Assembly: GCA_963514005.1 (NCBI GenBank)
Contig: OY740817.1
Span: forward strand, 8,680,001-8,744,000
Length of the DNA stretch: 64,000 nt
DNA from: Raja brachyura
Lineage: Eukaryota
Direction of reading: 5' to 3'
A program made the position numbers and the translations under genes. Position 1 is the stretch's first letter; every line of letters begins with the position of its first letter. This document shows positions 52,295-64,000 of this stretch, in pieces. The notes under the pieces are model-generated. The model saw nothing but the letters and a program-made list of their open reading frames with translations. It was not told the DNA's origin and made no database searches.

Positions 52295-52742
52295 GTATGC
52301 ATTATTAAGTATGAAGAAATGATGTACCATAAAGTGCAGTAGATGATGTACTATAAAGTGTATTGCTTGATTCATAATGATGACATTTTAATGTACGCCT
52401 TGCATTGAGTAACCAAAGACATTCTTTCCATTGGGTTTGTGGTTAGTGGGGAAAAAAAAGTTTTTGGAACGAATTCTGGCCAATATGCGCATCTCTGGTA
52501 AAAATCAACATTTAATTGCTCTGACGACTTAACTCATGACTATCAGTATTGCTCGTCAGATGGCAAACAATACTGTGTGAGAATGCTATGACCTATTAAT
52601 TGCAGAATGGCCTGACTCTCATGAGAACTTAACGTGAGGCCATGTTTTTCTCTAATCCAATGATCACTAGATGATATCTCATTCCCTAAATTAATAAATG
52701 CCACGGCTGTTTAATGATTCTCCTTTTTCATTTCTTTCTCAG

Positions 52743-52838
52743 CTATGCTAAAGGTAGTTTCTGCTGTACTTCAATTTGGGAACATAATTTTCAAAAAGGA
52801 ACGCAATACTGATCAAGCTACCATGCCTGAGAACACAG
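52743..52838 (+). CDS. MYH9: MYH9 exon 10
   Basis: [32 protein letters not shown]; 96 nt; tctcag| and |gtgagt. Confidence 0.96.
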
Positions 52839-53624
52839 GTGAGTAGATCAGCAATGTAGTGAATCTTATGCGGACTAAACAAACAAGTAGATTCCATCAT
52901 ACAGAAACTTGTGAATACTGAATCCTCCTTCTCTGTTAGAATTAATATGTTGAAAAGAGATTTGGACAGATACATATATAGAAAAGATTATGATGGATAT
53001 GGGACAAATGCAGGTGAATGGGATGAGCGCAAGAAAACCCAACGGCCATGTTGGATGATTTGGGCCAAAGGGCCGGTTCCTGTGCTATATAATTCTATTA
53101 CCAACTTGATCACGATGTCCTCGAGCAAGGACTGTATTTCAGGTTTGAAAGTGTTTGCTAGCTTGAAATTTGTACTCGTGCAAGCTGTATAGTCTCTACC
53201 ACTTAAAGAATTTGCATTTTAAATTGGCCAGAAACCAAACCTAAAATCCAAATATATTTTCATAGTTACTGTTTATAATATTTCAATACATAATCTTGGC
53301 AGTGTTTGGTAGCTATGTTAGCTCTCTACTTTTCACCTTTTTAAATTTTGATGGCAAAAATAGGCACAAAGATGATTTAATCATTGGCAGACTTCTTTTT
53401 CGAGAAAAATTGGTAAAACAAGTTTGTTTTCTTTGGAATATAGGAGGGGATATCTATTTGAGGTACACAAAGTTTAGACCCTAGAGTAAATCCACCATAG
53501 ATGTGAGGGACCAAGTAGCTCCTCATTGTGCCATAAATTCTTGATTTTGTCTTGCCTCAACTGCTATGCATAGGCGTCATCTCATCCTAAACTGTCCTTG
53601 CCCTGACTAGTTCCAACAAGTCAA

Positions 53625-53940
53625 GTTACGAGAGTTTATTGTCATATGTCCCAGGTAGGACAATGAAATTCTTGCTTTGCATCAGCACAACGGAATATAG
53701 TAGTCACGAATACAGAACATATATCAGTGAGTCCATACACCATTATATAAAGATATACATACCTCAATAAATAAGCCGATAAAGTGCAAATAAACAGATA
53801 ATGGTCTATTAATATTCAGAGATTTGTTTCAGTTAAGTTTAATAGCCTGATGGTTGTGGGGAAGAAGCTGTTTCTGAACATGGACGTTGCAGTGTTCAGG
53901 CTCCTGTACCTTCTACCTGAAGGTAGCGGGGAGATGAGCA
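53625..53940 (-). mobile_element. Rex1/Babar-type LINE 3' end
   Basis: ISPLPSGRRYRSLNTATSMFRNSFFPTTIRLLN plus a 3' UTR matching 41325-41630. Confidence 0.8.
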
Positions 53941-54490
53941 ACCCTGTGCTTGCTGGCCAAGATGTTACGAATGTGATCAAATCATAGATTTCCAAGGCAC
54001 AGAGATATTGGATTAGATGAACACAGGTTTGGACAATGAAGCTAAGTCTTGAAACTGGAACAGGGGAAGTTATGAGATAGAGAATTTTGAAGCACACGGT
54101 CTTCGTGCATGAAAGTTCATCTAACCATGTTGGAGTGGTGAAATTTGTGATGTGCAAGTGACCAGAATCGTAGGAAGGCAGACACCTGATGAAAATGGAA
54201 TGGGTGAATTGTTTAACCGAGAGCCTGTATAGATCGCCAAACAATAAGATCAATGCGTGAAATGGGACTTAGTACAAGTTAGAATGTGGACAGTAATGAT
54301 CGGTTAACTTTCATTTTATGGAGATTAGAAAAATTGTTATTCAGGAATGTCTTAGAATAATCCTATCTGGTGGTGATCTTGGATGTGAGGATGTTGGGCT
54401 GTATTACACAGGTGATCTTAGAACTGAAACTAATGTCTAGTCCCAATAAGCATTATTTGATTCTTGTTAAATTGGATGTTTCCTTCATAG

Positions 54491-54609
54491 CTGCCCAGAA
54501 AGTGTGCCATCTTCTGGGAATCCATGTGACTGACTTCAGCAGGGCAATCCTCACACCCCGCATCAAAGTTGGGAGGGATTATGTTCAGAAAGCTCAGACC
54601 AAAGAGCAA
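54491..54609 (+). CDS. MYH9: MYH9 exon 11
   Basis: [40 protein letters not shown]; 119 nt. Confidence 0.97.
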
Positions 54610-54974
54610 GTGAGTATTTACATTGTTTCTGTGAGTATATTTTTCAAAGCTAGATCAGAGTGAAGGTGAAGACTGCTAAAAATAGACTGTTTCAAAGCTG
54701 TTTAAACAGTTTTATTCACTATGCTCAGATTACGCATTCAGATAAGTTATTGTATCATGATTTTCATTGTTCGTAGCCTTATGATTTGCCTGAATAGATT
54801 GAATGCAGTTGGTACAGCTGTGCTCTGGAGCCACATAAATATAACTCATCTAGAATTTTGATTAGCAGAAACTCTACACAAATGCAAATGAAGCATGCAA
54901 AAATTCACCTGGTGAAAATAACATCATGGAATTTTCACATCTTCACTTTGATAGATTTTTAGGAGGGAATGCGT

Positions 54975-55290
54975 AGTAGAAGTTAGATAAGTTGGACACA
55001 GCGTGAAAACAGGATCTTCAGCCCACCAAGTCCACACCAACCATTCATCATCCGTACACTAGTCCTATGTTATCCTACTTTCACTTCCTACATACTAGGG
55101 ACAAATTTCAGAAGCCAGTTAACCTACAAACCAACGTGTCTTTGGAATGTGGGAGGAAACCGGATCACCTGGAGAATACCAATGCAGTCACAAGGAAAAC
55201 GTACAAACTCCGCACAGTCTGCAGTCAGGATCGAACCTGGGTCACTCGAGCTACGAGGCAGCAGATATACCGCTATGCCACTGTGCCGCC
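54975..55290 (-). mobile_element. HE1/V-SINE
   Basis: Reverse-complement head ggcggcacagtggcatagcgg...GGTTCGATCC and the V-SINE core. Confidence 0.8.
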
Positions 55291-55436
55291 CTGTAGATTT
55301 TGCCAGCAAAACAATTTAATTTACAAGAATTGGCATATAAGAGCAGATGCTCTCACTAAAAGCATTAGAAAGTATGGAATAATGTAGGAAAAGGCCATTT
55401 AGTTTATTGTCTCTGCTATACCACCTGGTAAGAAAA

Positions 55437-55655
55437 GTGTATGAAGGAACTGCAGATGCTGATTTACACCAAAGATAGATACAAAGTGCTGGAGTAACTC
55501 AGTGGACCAGGCAGCATCTCTGGAGAGAAGTTATGGGTGACTTTTTGGGTCAAGACCCTTCTTCAGACTGAGAGACCGACCGGGGAGAGGGAGACACCGA
55601 GATAAGGAAGAGTAAGGTGTGAAAATGAGACATCAATGGGGATTAAGGAAAATGT
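55437..55655 (-). mobile_element. Penelope-like terminus
   Basis: Tail plus arm plus ggtgtgaaaatgagacatc...aaggaaaatg, the reverse complement of about 18762-18970. Confidence 0.75.
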
Positions 55656-55768
55656 AGAGTTGTTTACTACGAAAAGGTGACAAAGAAAAGGTTGATTTAC
55701 CTCAGTGTCATATTCCTGCACTAACCCAATAACTATTGGTTGCCTTGTATTTAAACATAAGTAACTGA

Positions 55769-56008
<240 letters not shown>

Positions 56009-56998
56009 TAGAACAGTACCGCGTAGGACCAGGCCCTTTGGCCGACGGTATAAATTTTCTCCTAAAGACTCAATGAAGTAAAATATCTATGCAGCAGTCT
56101 TGTATCTACATCTTGGCTAATGCTACGTGGGTATTTTGTAATGTTCAGTCCCTTGCTCTGAAATAAGACACTTGCCCTTTAGTATAAATTGTGTGACCTA
56201 TCTTAGTCATTCTGTGTGGGATGGTGAACAATATACACAAACTAGCTGCATAAATGTAAAGCTCACTAGAGTTTCTCGGGCATAATTCTAAGATGACCCA
56301 CCAAGTTACTGTAACGTAGATTTTAAAATATTCTTTACTGAAGCCTGTTAAAACGGTAAAGGTGGGCTATTTGCAGTTTTGGAATGTGCTTCATTTTGTT
56401 AGTATTGTTACATTTGATATTGGATTTCAAATTAAGCTTTCAAAACGCTTTAATTAGAAAGCTCTGGAACTGTGAGTAAGCCTATGGCATTTTTTTCCAA
56501 ATAATACTTGGTAAAAGAAGAGATACATGTAGGATCCTCTCCCAACTATGATGAAGTAACATTTTATTGCAGAACGAGGTGATTTTTATGTGTGCACTAC
56601 TTTCAATGTTCACAATATAATTCACTGTCTATGACATGGTTTTTTCCAATGGGAAATCCCAGCAAAAATAAGCTCTGCTGATGGACTCCCCATACAGTCC
56701 CGTGGCACAATGTAGTGGCAGATTGTAATACAATATGTCTTGGTAAGTCCCATACTTCTGTATGGAGATGTCAAGTCTCAATGGCTGAAACCAGCAGTTC
56801 TGGTTGGAATTAAACTCCAGCCAGAAAGATATACCCAGCAAGACCTGGTTTTGTTAATGACAATATTTTGCTGATCTCGGCTGCGTTAAAAGTGATCATT
56901 TACTTAAGGTGAAGATACAAAATGTTCTATTGGTTGGTGTGTAGTGCCATCTTTGACTTGCTCCCTTCTTAGTAATGTTTTTTTGCGCTTTTTTGCAG

Positions 56999-57172
56999 TT
57001 GAACTCCTTTGAACAATTGTGCATAAACTACACAAATGAAAAGCTGCAACAGCTCTTTAATCACACAATGTTCATCCTGGAGCAAGAGGAGTACCAGCGA
57101 GAAGGAATTGAATGGAACTTCATTGATTTTGGCCTTGACTTGCAGCCTTGCATTGACCTCATTGAAAAATCC
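56999..57172 (+). CDS. MYH9: MYH9 exon 13 (relay helix)
   Basis: [58 protein letters not shown]; 174 nt. Confidence 0.97.
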
Positions 57173-57176
57173 GTGA

Positions 57177-57467
<291 letters not shown>

Positions 57468-57708
57468 TAGGTTAATCCATTAGTGTTACTATTGCGCAAG
57501 GAAATCCTGTCATTCAGTCACAATTTTGCGGAACTACTTTCACCTTGGCATTGCTTATTGTGTTCTTGTATAAAATGAATGAACTTGCAATCTGGACGCC
57601 AGACATGTGAATGGGACTTGGTAGTTTTTAATAACAAATATCAATTAATAGTCGATCTCAATATTACATATGTATATTTAGACAAGGTGTCTTCTATTTG
57701 CAATGCAG

Positions 57709-57823
57709 GTGGATTACAAAGCAACTGAATGGCTAATGAAGAATATGGACCCACTAAATGATAACATTGCTTCATTGTTGCACCAGTCCTCCGATAAATT
57801 TATAGCTGACCTTTGGAGAGATG
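57709..57823 (+). CDS. MYH9: MYH9 exon 15 (last constitutive exon in the window)
   Basis: [38 protein letters not shown]+G; 115 nt; donor gtacgt; cumulative CDS 1843 nt. Confidence 0.96.
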
Positions 57824-58689
57824 GTACGTAACATTTTTAAATCAAGTCTTTTAATCTCTTTGTGACTCCAGTATTTGTTTTCCAAGGCACACAGCTGCTT
57901 CCCGAGTTTCCTAGCCTCAGCTTGATGGCACTATCAAGCACTTGCGTATTTCAGGTTTCTTTTCACAAGATCTTGAAATTCTCTCAGTATACTGATAGCT
58001 AGGTTTGCAGGGTGCTAGCAGGGTGGGGGGGGAGGAGGAGGAGCAGGCAAGCTCCTGAAAGCAAAAGTATCATACTGGAGCTTGAAGACGCTGACTTGTG
58101 TTCTCCTTCCAATGAGCAAACTAATTCTCTCCTCTGTGCCTAGCATGGGTTTCGCTTGTACAGATGGGGAAATGGAAATTTACTTTAGGCACTATTCCTG
58201 AGGACTATTTCATAAGCAATTGGACATCTGCGTTAAATATTTCAGATAATCTTTGAAAGTAGGGTAAAATGTTCAGCTTGGGGTAGGATATCAGAATGCA
58301 AGATGGGTCATTATCTAGCATCATAATGCAGGCTATATATTCTCTCTAACTTGGTTTCTCTGGTTTGCTAGTTTTTAAATGGTATATTTTGAAATTTATC
58401 CTTGAATTTAATTCAAATAAATACTAATAGAAAAACATAACTCCTGGCAAGATGGTATTTCAAGGCCTATTATTGTTTTCCATGACAGTTGTTAGATTTG
58501 CACGGCCAGCTCCATGATTGATTATCTTCTGAGAATCAAAGAACTATAATCTGTTTACAGACCTGGATTATACTATTTCATTAGTGTTTTTTAAAAAAGA
58601 AAATATTTTTTTAATATCTCATTTCCCCCTCGGGGAAATCCCCGGTCTGCTGAGCATTACGCCTGAAAATGCAACCAATCACTTCAAGT

Positions 58690-59372
58690 TAACTCCATGT
58701 TTATTGTCGTATGCAGAAGTACGATGAGGTACAGGAACAATGAAATCTTGCTTGCAGATACTCAGCCAACACACAAAAGCAAATTATGCATAAATTATAT
58801 ATAGATTATACAAAAATTCTACTAGACAGTGAAAAGAAAAAGTCTGCAAAAAAAATCTAGTGCGCAACACAATTAGAAACAAGTCTATGATAGTGCAAGA
58901 GGTAGTTCAGCAGTCTGTTTTTGAGGTAGGTTTAGAGTTGTCCAGATCAATTCAAGAACCTGATGTTGTAGAATAGCTGTTCCAGAACCTGTTGGTGTGG
59001 GACTTCAGGCTTTTGAACCTACTGTTGCAACGAGAGCAAGGCGCAGCCTAGATGGCAGGCTTTCTCTATGATAGATGCCATCTTCTTGAGGCATCGTCTT
59101 GTTCCAATGGTGGAAAGGGTTGTGCTCGTGATGGACTCGGCTGAGACGAACACTTTTCAGCCTTTTGCATTCCTGTGTTGGCATTGCTGCAACATGCTGT
59201 GGTACAACCAGTCAAGGTAGTTCAGGTCATCTGTAGAAGTTGCTTAGATTATTCGGTGATGGAAAGATTCTCTTTAAACCTTTAATAACGTAGAGGAGCT
59301 GGCACATCATCTTCATTGTTACACCTATGTACTGTGCTCAGTGCAGGTAATCTGAGATGTTCACACCCAGGA
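58690..59372 (-). mobile_element. Old Rex1/Babar-type LINE fragment
   Basis: tttattgtc...aacaatgaaatcttgcttgcag 3' end and degenerate ORF ending cacccaggaattt, collinear with 41335-41955. Confidence 0.6.
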
Positions 59373-59706
59373 ATTTGGATCAGTATGATTTTTGTTAATC
59401 TGTTAATCCATCGCAAGTGCTCCTAATTCGCGGGAGATCGGAACTGATTTGACCATGATTTATATTATATTGAAACGGTGCCTTTTCATTCTCATTTTTT
59501 CAAATATTACATGCTCAGTTAACTTGAGCTTTGTTTCATACCTTTGCGGATATGATACATGTTTTGTTGACAATTCTGCCATTGGTTCAGGAAGGATTTA
59601 CAAGCATCTAGTAAAGAGACTAGATGTGTATCTTGCAGTTCTCGTTGGTTATTACTTTCTTTGAGTGTTGAATTCTTCTTTTTAACGATGTCTCAGTTTG
59701 TTGCGG

Positions 59707-59769
59707 AGATAAAAGGCTTTCAGCTCGCATATTTCTATGCACGCTTTCCTATTCTACATTTCGAACCAG
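59707..59769 (+). other. MYH9: Loop-2 insert exon homologous to MYH10 B2 (EIKGFQLAYFYARFPILHFEP), with a non-canonical CGG acceptor
   Basis: 63 nt, phase 1-1, stop-free, donor CAG|gtgaca, in the intron following WRD. Functional status is unknown. Confidence 0.7.
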
Positions 59770-61249
59770 GTGACATGAGAGAAGACTATGATCTGGTTGC
59801 TTCTGAGAATTTTCCTGCTTTGACTGTTCATCATTCTCCTCCATTCCTGCTTTTTTTCTTTCTATTTTCCCTTCTGCTATAGGTTAATGCAACTCATCTA
59901 TTCCAACAATGCCTCATCTTGTGTTGCAGTGGTGAAATCTGTTCCACCAACGTAAGCAAAATGCACTTGTGTGGGAAAAAGTAGAAATTAAATTAATTTT
60001 CAATATTGATCTAATCTAGTGCGAGGATATTTTTTCTGCGTTCAATAATGAAATTATTTCATAAATATAACTCTTGTTGGACCTAAATTAAGATATGCAC
60101 ACTGCAGTGTCCCTTGTCCTGGAAGTTTCTCGAAGACAATTAAGGGCTGTGATTATAGTTTATATTCTGGCTTTCCACATTGGTCTTTAGTTTTACTCCT
60201 TTCTTCCACATTATCATGCTATGTGCGACTCCTATGCTAAGAAGGGTGGAGGAATGGCATTAAGTGGCTTGTCTAGAATGGACTGGCAGGTCATGCAAAC
60301 AGTCTGAGAAAAGCACAGTCATCCTCTGCTTCTGAAATTTCTGTCTGTCTGATTTAAAAAAAATGGAGCTTTCTAATCTGTCTCCTATACTTGCACCTTT
60401 GGGAACTAAAGCAGCAAAATAGTGGGAACAGGCATTTGTCCCCTCCTTCCTCCTTCCTCTTTTGTCATTCAGTAGGATTGTGGCTGACCTTGGTACGGCT
60501 TTCCTGCATTAAACGCTTTCCCTTCATTGACAGATCACCTTAAACACACTTTAGTGTCTTCCACAGTTATTTTTATGAAATGAAGATTTCAATTGATCAT
60601 TAAGAATGTAGAATTTACGTGTCACAGTTATGTTTCCTCTTAATTTAGAGATCGATGCATGAACTGAGTTTCCAAGAGCATGCCATGTTTCTGATTCATA
60701 TAATTAATACTAACATTTTAAAACTATCTTTTTTACCTGTAATACTTCTGATGAACTTAAATTAGAATAAGTCATTATAATTTAAGTCTCTCAGAAGTTT
60801 TATAGGAGAAGTGCACTGCAAATGTTCCTGCCGATCCAGGCACCTTCTGTGCTGGATGTATTTTTGAATTTTATACACCTTTAAAATTTGCTTTATTACT
60901 ATGTACACAATTAAAACAGCTTTGAAATTCAATGTACTGTGGCTATTTAGCTGGACAATGCTCTCTGAGAGCTTAAAGCTTAAGTTACCTGCAGGTACAA
61001 TTTTGATAGGACCAGAAGAGGTGCTGAACTAGTTTTTTTTTCTTGTGGTTTTCAGGGGTAGGTGGGGCATTATGGAGGGTAGAAAATGGAAAGTCACTCC
61101 CTGTAAACCCATTTTCCTTTTTCCATCAAGTTTTCCTAATATAATGGACCAGTTGAAGATTTCTGGTAAAATAACATGGATGGTACGTTTTGACTTAAAA
61201 GGAAACATTTCTTTAGTTTCTAAATTTTTTCAATTTTCCACACATAGTA

Positions 61250-61580
61250 TAGTAGGCCCCTCTCAGTCATGACTGACCATGGGTGATGCATCCTGGTCGG
61301 ATGAAAGCCTGGGCGCTGTCATATGGAGGACAGGCTGTTGCCCATGCAGCACGTTCCCCCCCCCCCCCCCCCCCCCCCCTCCACGTCGCTGATCGATCCA
61401 AAGGAACAGTAGGGCCGTTACAGTTTGGCACCAGCACCGTCGCAGAAGCTGCCAGTAGACAATGACGAACTGCCTTAGGGACTCCGACCGCATTTTCTTA
61501 ATCTTTACTCCTGGAGCCTTTTCCATGACTAGATATGGCCACAAGGCAGTGGAGGTTTTAAATCTGTTTTCCCTCTCCTA
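61250..61580 (-). mobile_element. RTE-derived short non-autonomous retroposon
   Basis: Reverse complement begins taggagagggaaaac...cctccactgccttgtggcc (RTE 5' UTR-like) and ends cacccatggtcagtcatgactgagaggggcc plus a short (TAC)-like tail. Confidence 0.55.
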
Positions 61581-63112
61581 CATAGCATTTGTCTGCCTTA
61601 TAGCTGCCAAACCGAGTCAGTTTAACTTAATGAGAAAATACTTCAGATGTAATTTTTATGATTTAAATAAGATTTGTTTTCACCCCCTCCCGTGTTACTG
61701 TCTGATAGACATTTTTCAAACATCTGCTCTCCACCCCATCTCAAACCACAAAAGATTAAACTGATATTCTGTGAATGCTAGTGATTTAAAGTTGAGCAGA
61801 TATCTAACATTCCAAGCTTAGTCAGGAGACTAAGCATTAGACCAGATGCAGGAAATAGAGAGATGGATCACATGCAGGCAGAAGGTACTACTACACCGAT
61901 TCCTTTTCTACAGAGATGCTTCTGACCCGTTGACTTACTCCAGCTTTTTGTGTCCATCTTGGGTATTACTTCAAATTGGCTTTATGTTGGGCACATATAT
62001 CATGGGCCGAGGGGTGTGTTACTGAGCTGTTCTCTTCTATTATCTCTTCAGATGTTTGTAGGGAACAAACCAATAGAAGTTTGTAATGGAAGTTCCCAGA
62101 ATGTAGATAATGGCTGTGTATTAGAATGATGACATCAACTCCAAAGGTTCTTGGTTAATTACTATTTGTATAGCTGAGAAGTAGTAGTGTTATCAGTTCC
62201 TCTCGGAAGTTTATTGTCTCGTTGTTTAGATTTCTTCTATCTTTTTTTCACCTTGGACCACCTTTTGTAAACTCAATTCTATCCGCTCCCTTGATTGCAA
62301 TAATAGAAAATTATACTTCAAAGCATTAATGAGCAGAAAGAATTTGGTGTCCTTATAAATATCCTCAAAACAGCATGCCATATTGAAAAGGTAACTTAAA
62401 AGTATATATATAACTTATTTAGATTTATAGTCATAAGAATAATACAACTTAAAAGTAGAGATTGTACTAAAACTTTAATTGATTAGGATGTTATTGGGAA
62501 ATAATGACTAAATCTGGCTATCACACCTGATGAACGTCTGACAAAACTCACACCCGAGTAAAGAGGTTGCTTACCAGGCTGCTACCTGTAGTGGTAGATT
62601 TTAGTTTAGGTTTTGGTTTGCAGAAAAATATGTTGCAAAGTTTTAAATTAAGGAGTTAAGTAACCAGAAATTCTAACTTTTTGCCAATGATTTTAGGGAG
62701 GCAAGGCCATTTAAAAAAATTTTTTTTTAACTGATCTGTTGGAATCTCCTAAAGATGGCTGGAATGTCAAAGGCCCAGTGTCAACAATCAAGTACAGGCA
62801 CGATAGGCCAAAGGCCTCTGCGCATAAGATTCTATCTGCAAGGAAATGGATGAAAAGTTTGTGCAGTGAGCAGACTTTGTGCGGGTGGGGGTGGAATTGG
62901 AATGGACCTTTTCTAAGAGAGGAGATTGAGGACACCTAATGTCTTTTCAAATAAAAAAATTTAACGGGTAAATAAACATTATTGTGAGTGGTTATGAATG
63001 TTAAACAGTTGAAACCACTTAAAGATTAAACAATATAATTTAAGTACAAAATATAAAAGAAAATGAATAAATAAGACGCAGATAACTGATGAAACTGCAG
63101 TTAACAAGAGTT

Positions 63113-63530
63113 TTTCTTAGGCCCCCTTCGGTCATGGATGACCATGGGTGTCTCCAGGGTGCTATTCCCTACATGAAGGACGCCTGTGCGTGACTTTGTT
63201 TAATGTGGGGAGACTGGTGCACAGACAGCCACCCCACGGTCCTTGACAGATCTGGTCAGGATCCAATGGCATGGAGTCCAAGATGACCGGTGACCCTTTT
63301 CTGCTGCAGCCTTCATCAGCCTTCCCAGCCGTTGTGACACTCCATTAAAGTCCGCCACCATCCTCCGCCTGTTTCACCGTTGAGGTCTTGGTTGGATTGC
63401 TCTTTGTCAGAGACCTCCCCCTCGACCTTACCGCCATGGGTGGCCCTACCAGGAGCATAGCTCCAGACGGCATCCCTCTCAGGTCCACACAAGCTTCGCC
63501 ACCACGACAAGGTGACAATCCACTGAGAAG
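63113..63530 (-). mobile_element. RTE (Expander/BovB-like) internally deleted element
   Basis: Reverse complement begins ggattgtcaccttgtcgtggtgg...tagggccacccatgg...tctgacaaagagc (RTE 5' end). Its 3' end is shared with 61250-61290. Confidence 0.65.
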
Positions 63531-64000
63531 TAACAAGAATAAGGGAAGGATTTAAAAAAAATTATGACGCATATTGCAGAGCGGATTAGTTTGATTGTAG
63601 TGGGTGAGATTTGCTTTTAGTGCAGTCATACCTGTTAGTAGCGACAATCAATTTAAAGAAAAGCTGTGAGAGAAAAGGAACAATTGCATATCTCCTTTAT
63701 CCTTTAATTTCACACAGTAATGTATTTTACCATTACAGTAGCTGCACTGATAAAGTTTCATTGGGTGGACCTTAGTCTGTTTATCAAACTAACCTGCGAT
63801 TACAAAGTTAAATTGTTTGATGTTCATGTTCAGTCTAGAGTTTATCCAGCACTGCATAGAAATTACAGCTGACGTTTAAAGCTGAAGTGTAATTTGTTTA
63901 TCCAACATAGGTGTTAAAGCTAATTATTTTAATTGCACCTTTTAGTTTTTATGGATATAGTAGCAGCATTATCTGTCAAAATGCTTTTGCATGTTGCAGA

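Overview
Vertebrate genomic DNA, most likely from a skate or ray (inferred from HE1/V-SINE, CR1, Rex1 and Penelope-type repeats). The window holds the 5' half of a non-muscle myosin heavy chain IIA gene (MYH9) on the + strand: a CpG-island promoter, a non-coding exon 1 (donor at 9465) and 14 constitutive coding exons (24380-57823, 1843 nt, exon sizes as I recall them for human MYH9 exons 2-15). The gene continues past the window end. Most listed ORFs are intronic noise or transposon fragments. Main observations: (1) a 140-bp retroposon with target-site duplications whose first nucleotide is G1 of a minimal 54-nt HDV-like ribozyme fold; (2) a 21-nt loop-1 microexon (QSTVLAY) resembling the smooth-muscle myosin SM-B insert; (3) an exactly 63-nt loop-2 exon resembling the MYH10 B2 insert but with CGG instead of CAG at its acceptor; (4) a U12-type intron; (5) a dead partial duplicate of exon 3; (6) a family of fold-back Penelope-derived elements carrying hammerhead-like cores; (7) a templated local insertion. 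All calls were made by eye, and repeat boundaries are approximate unless target-site duplications (TSDs) are given.
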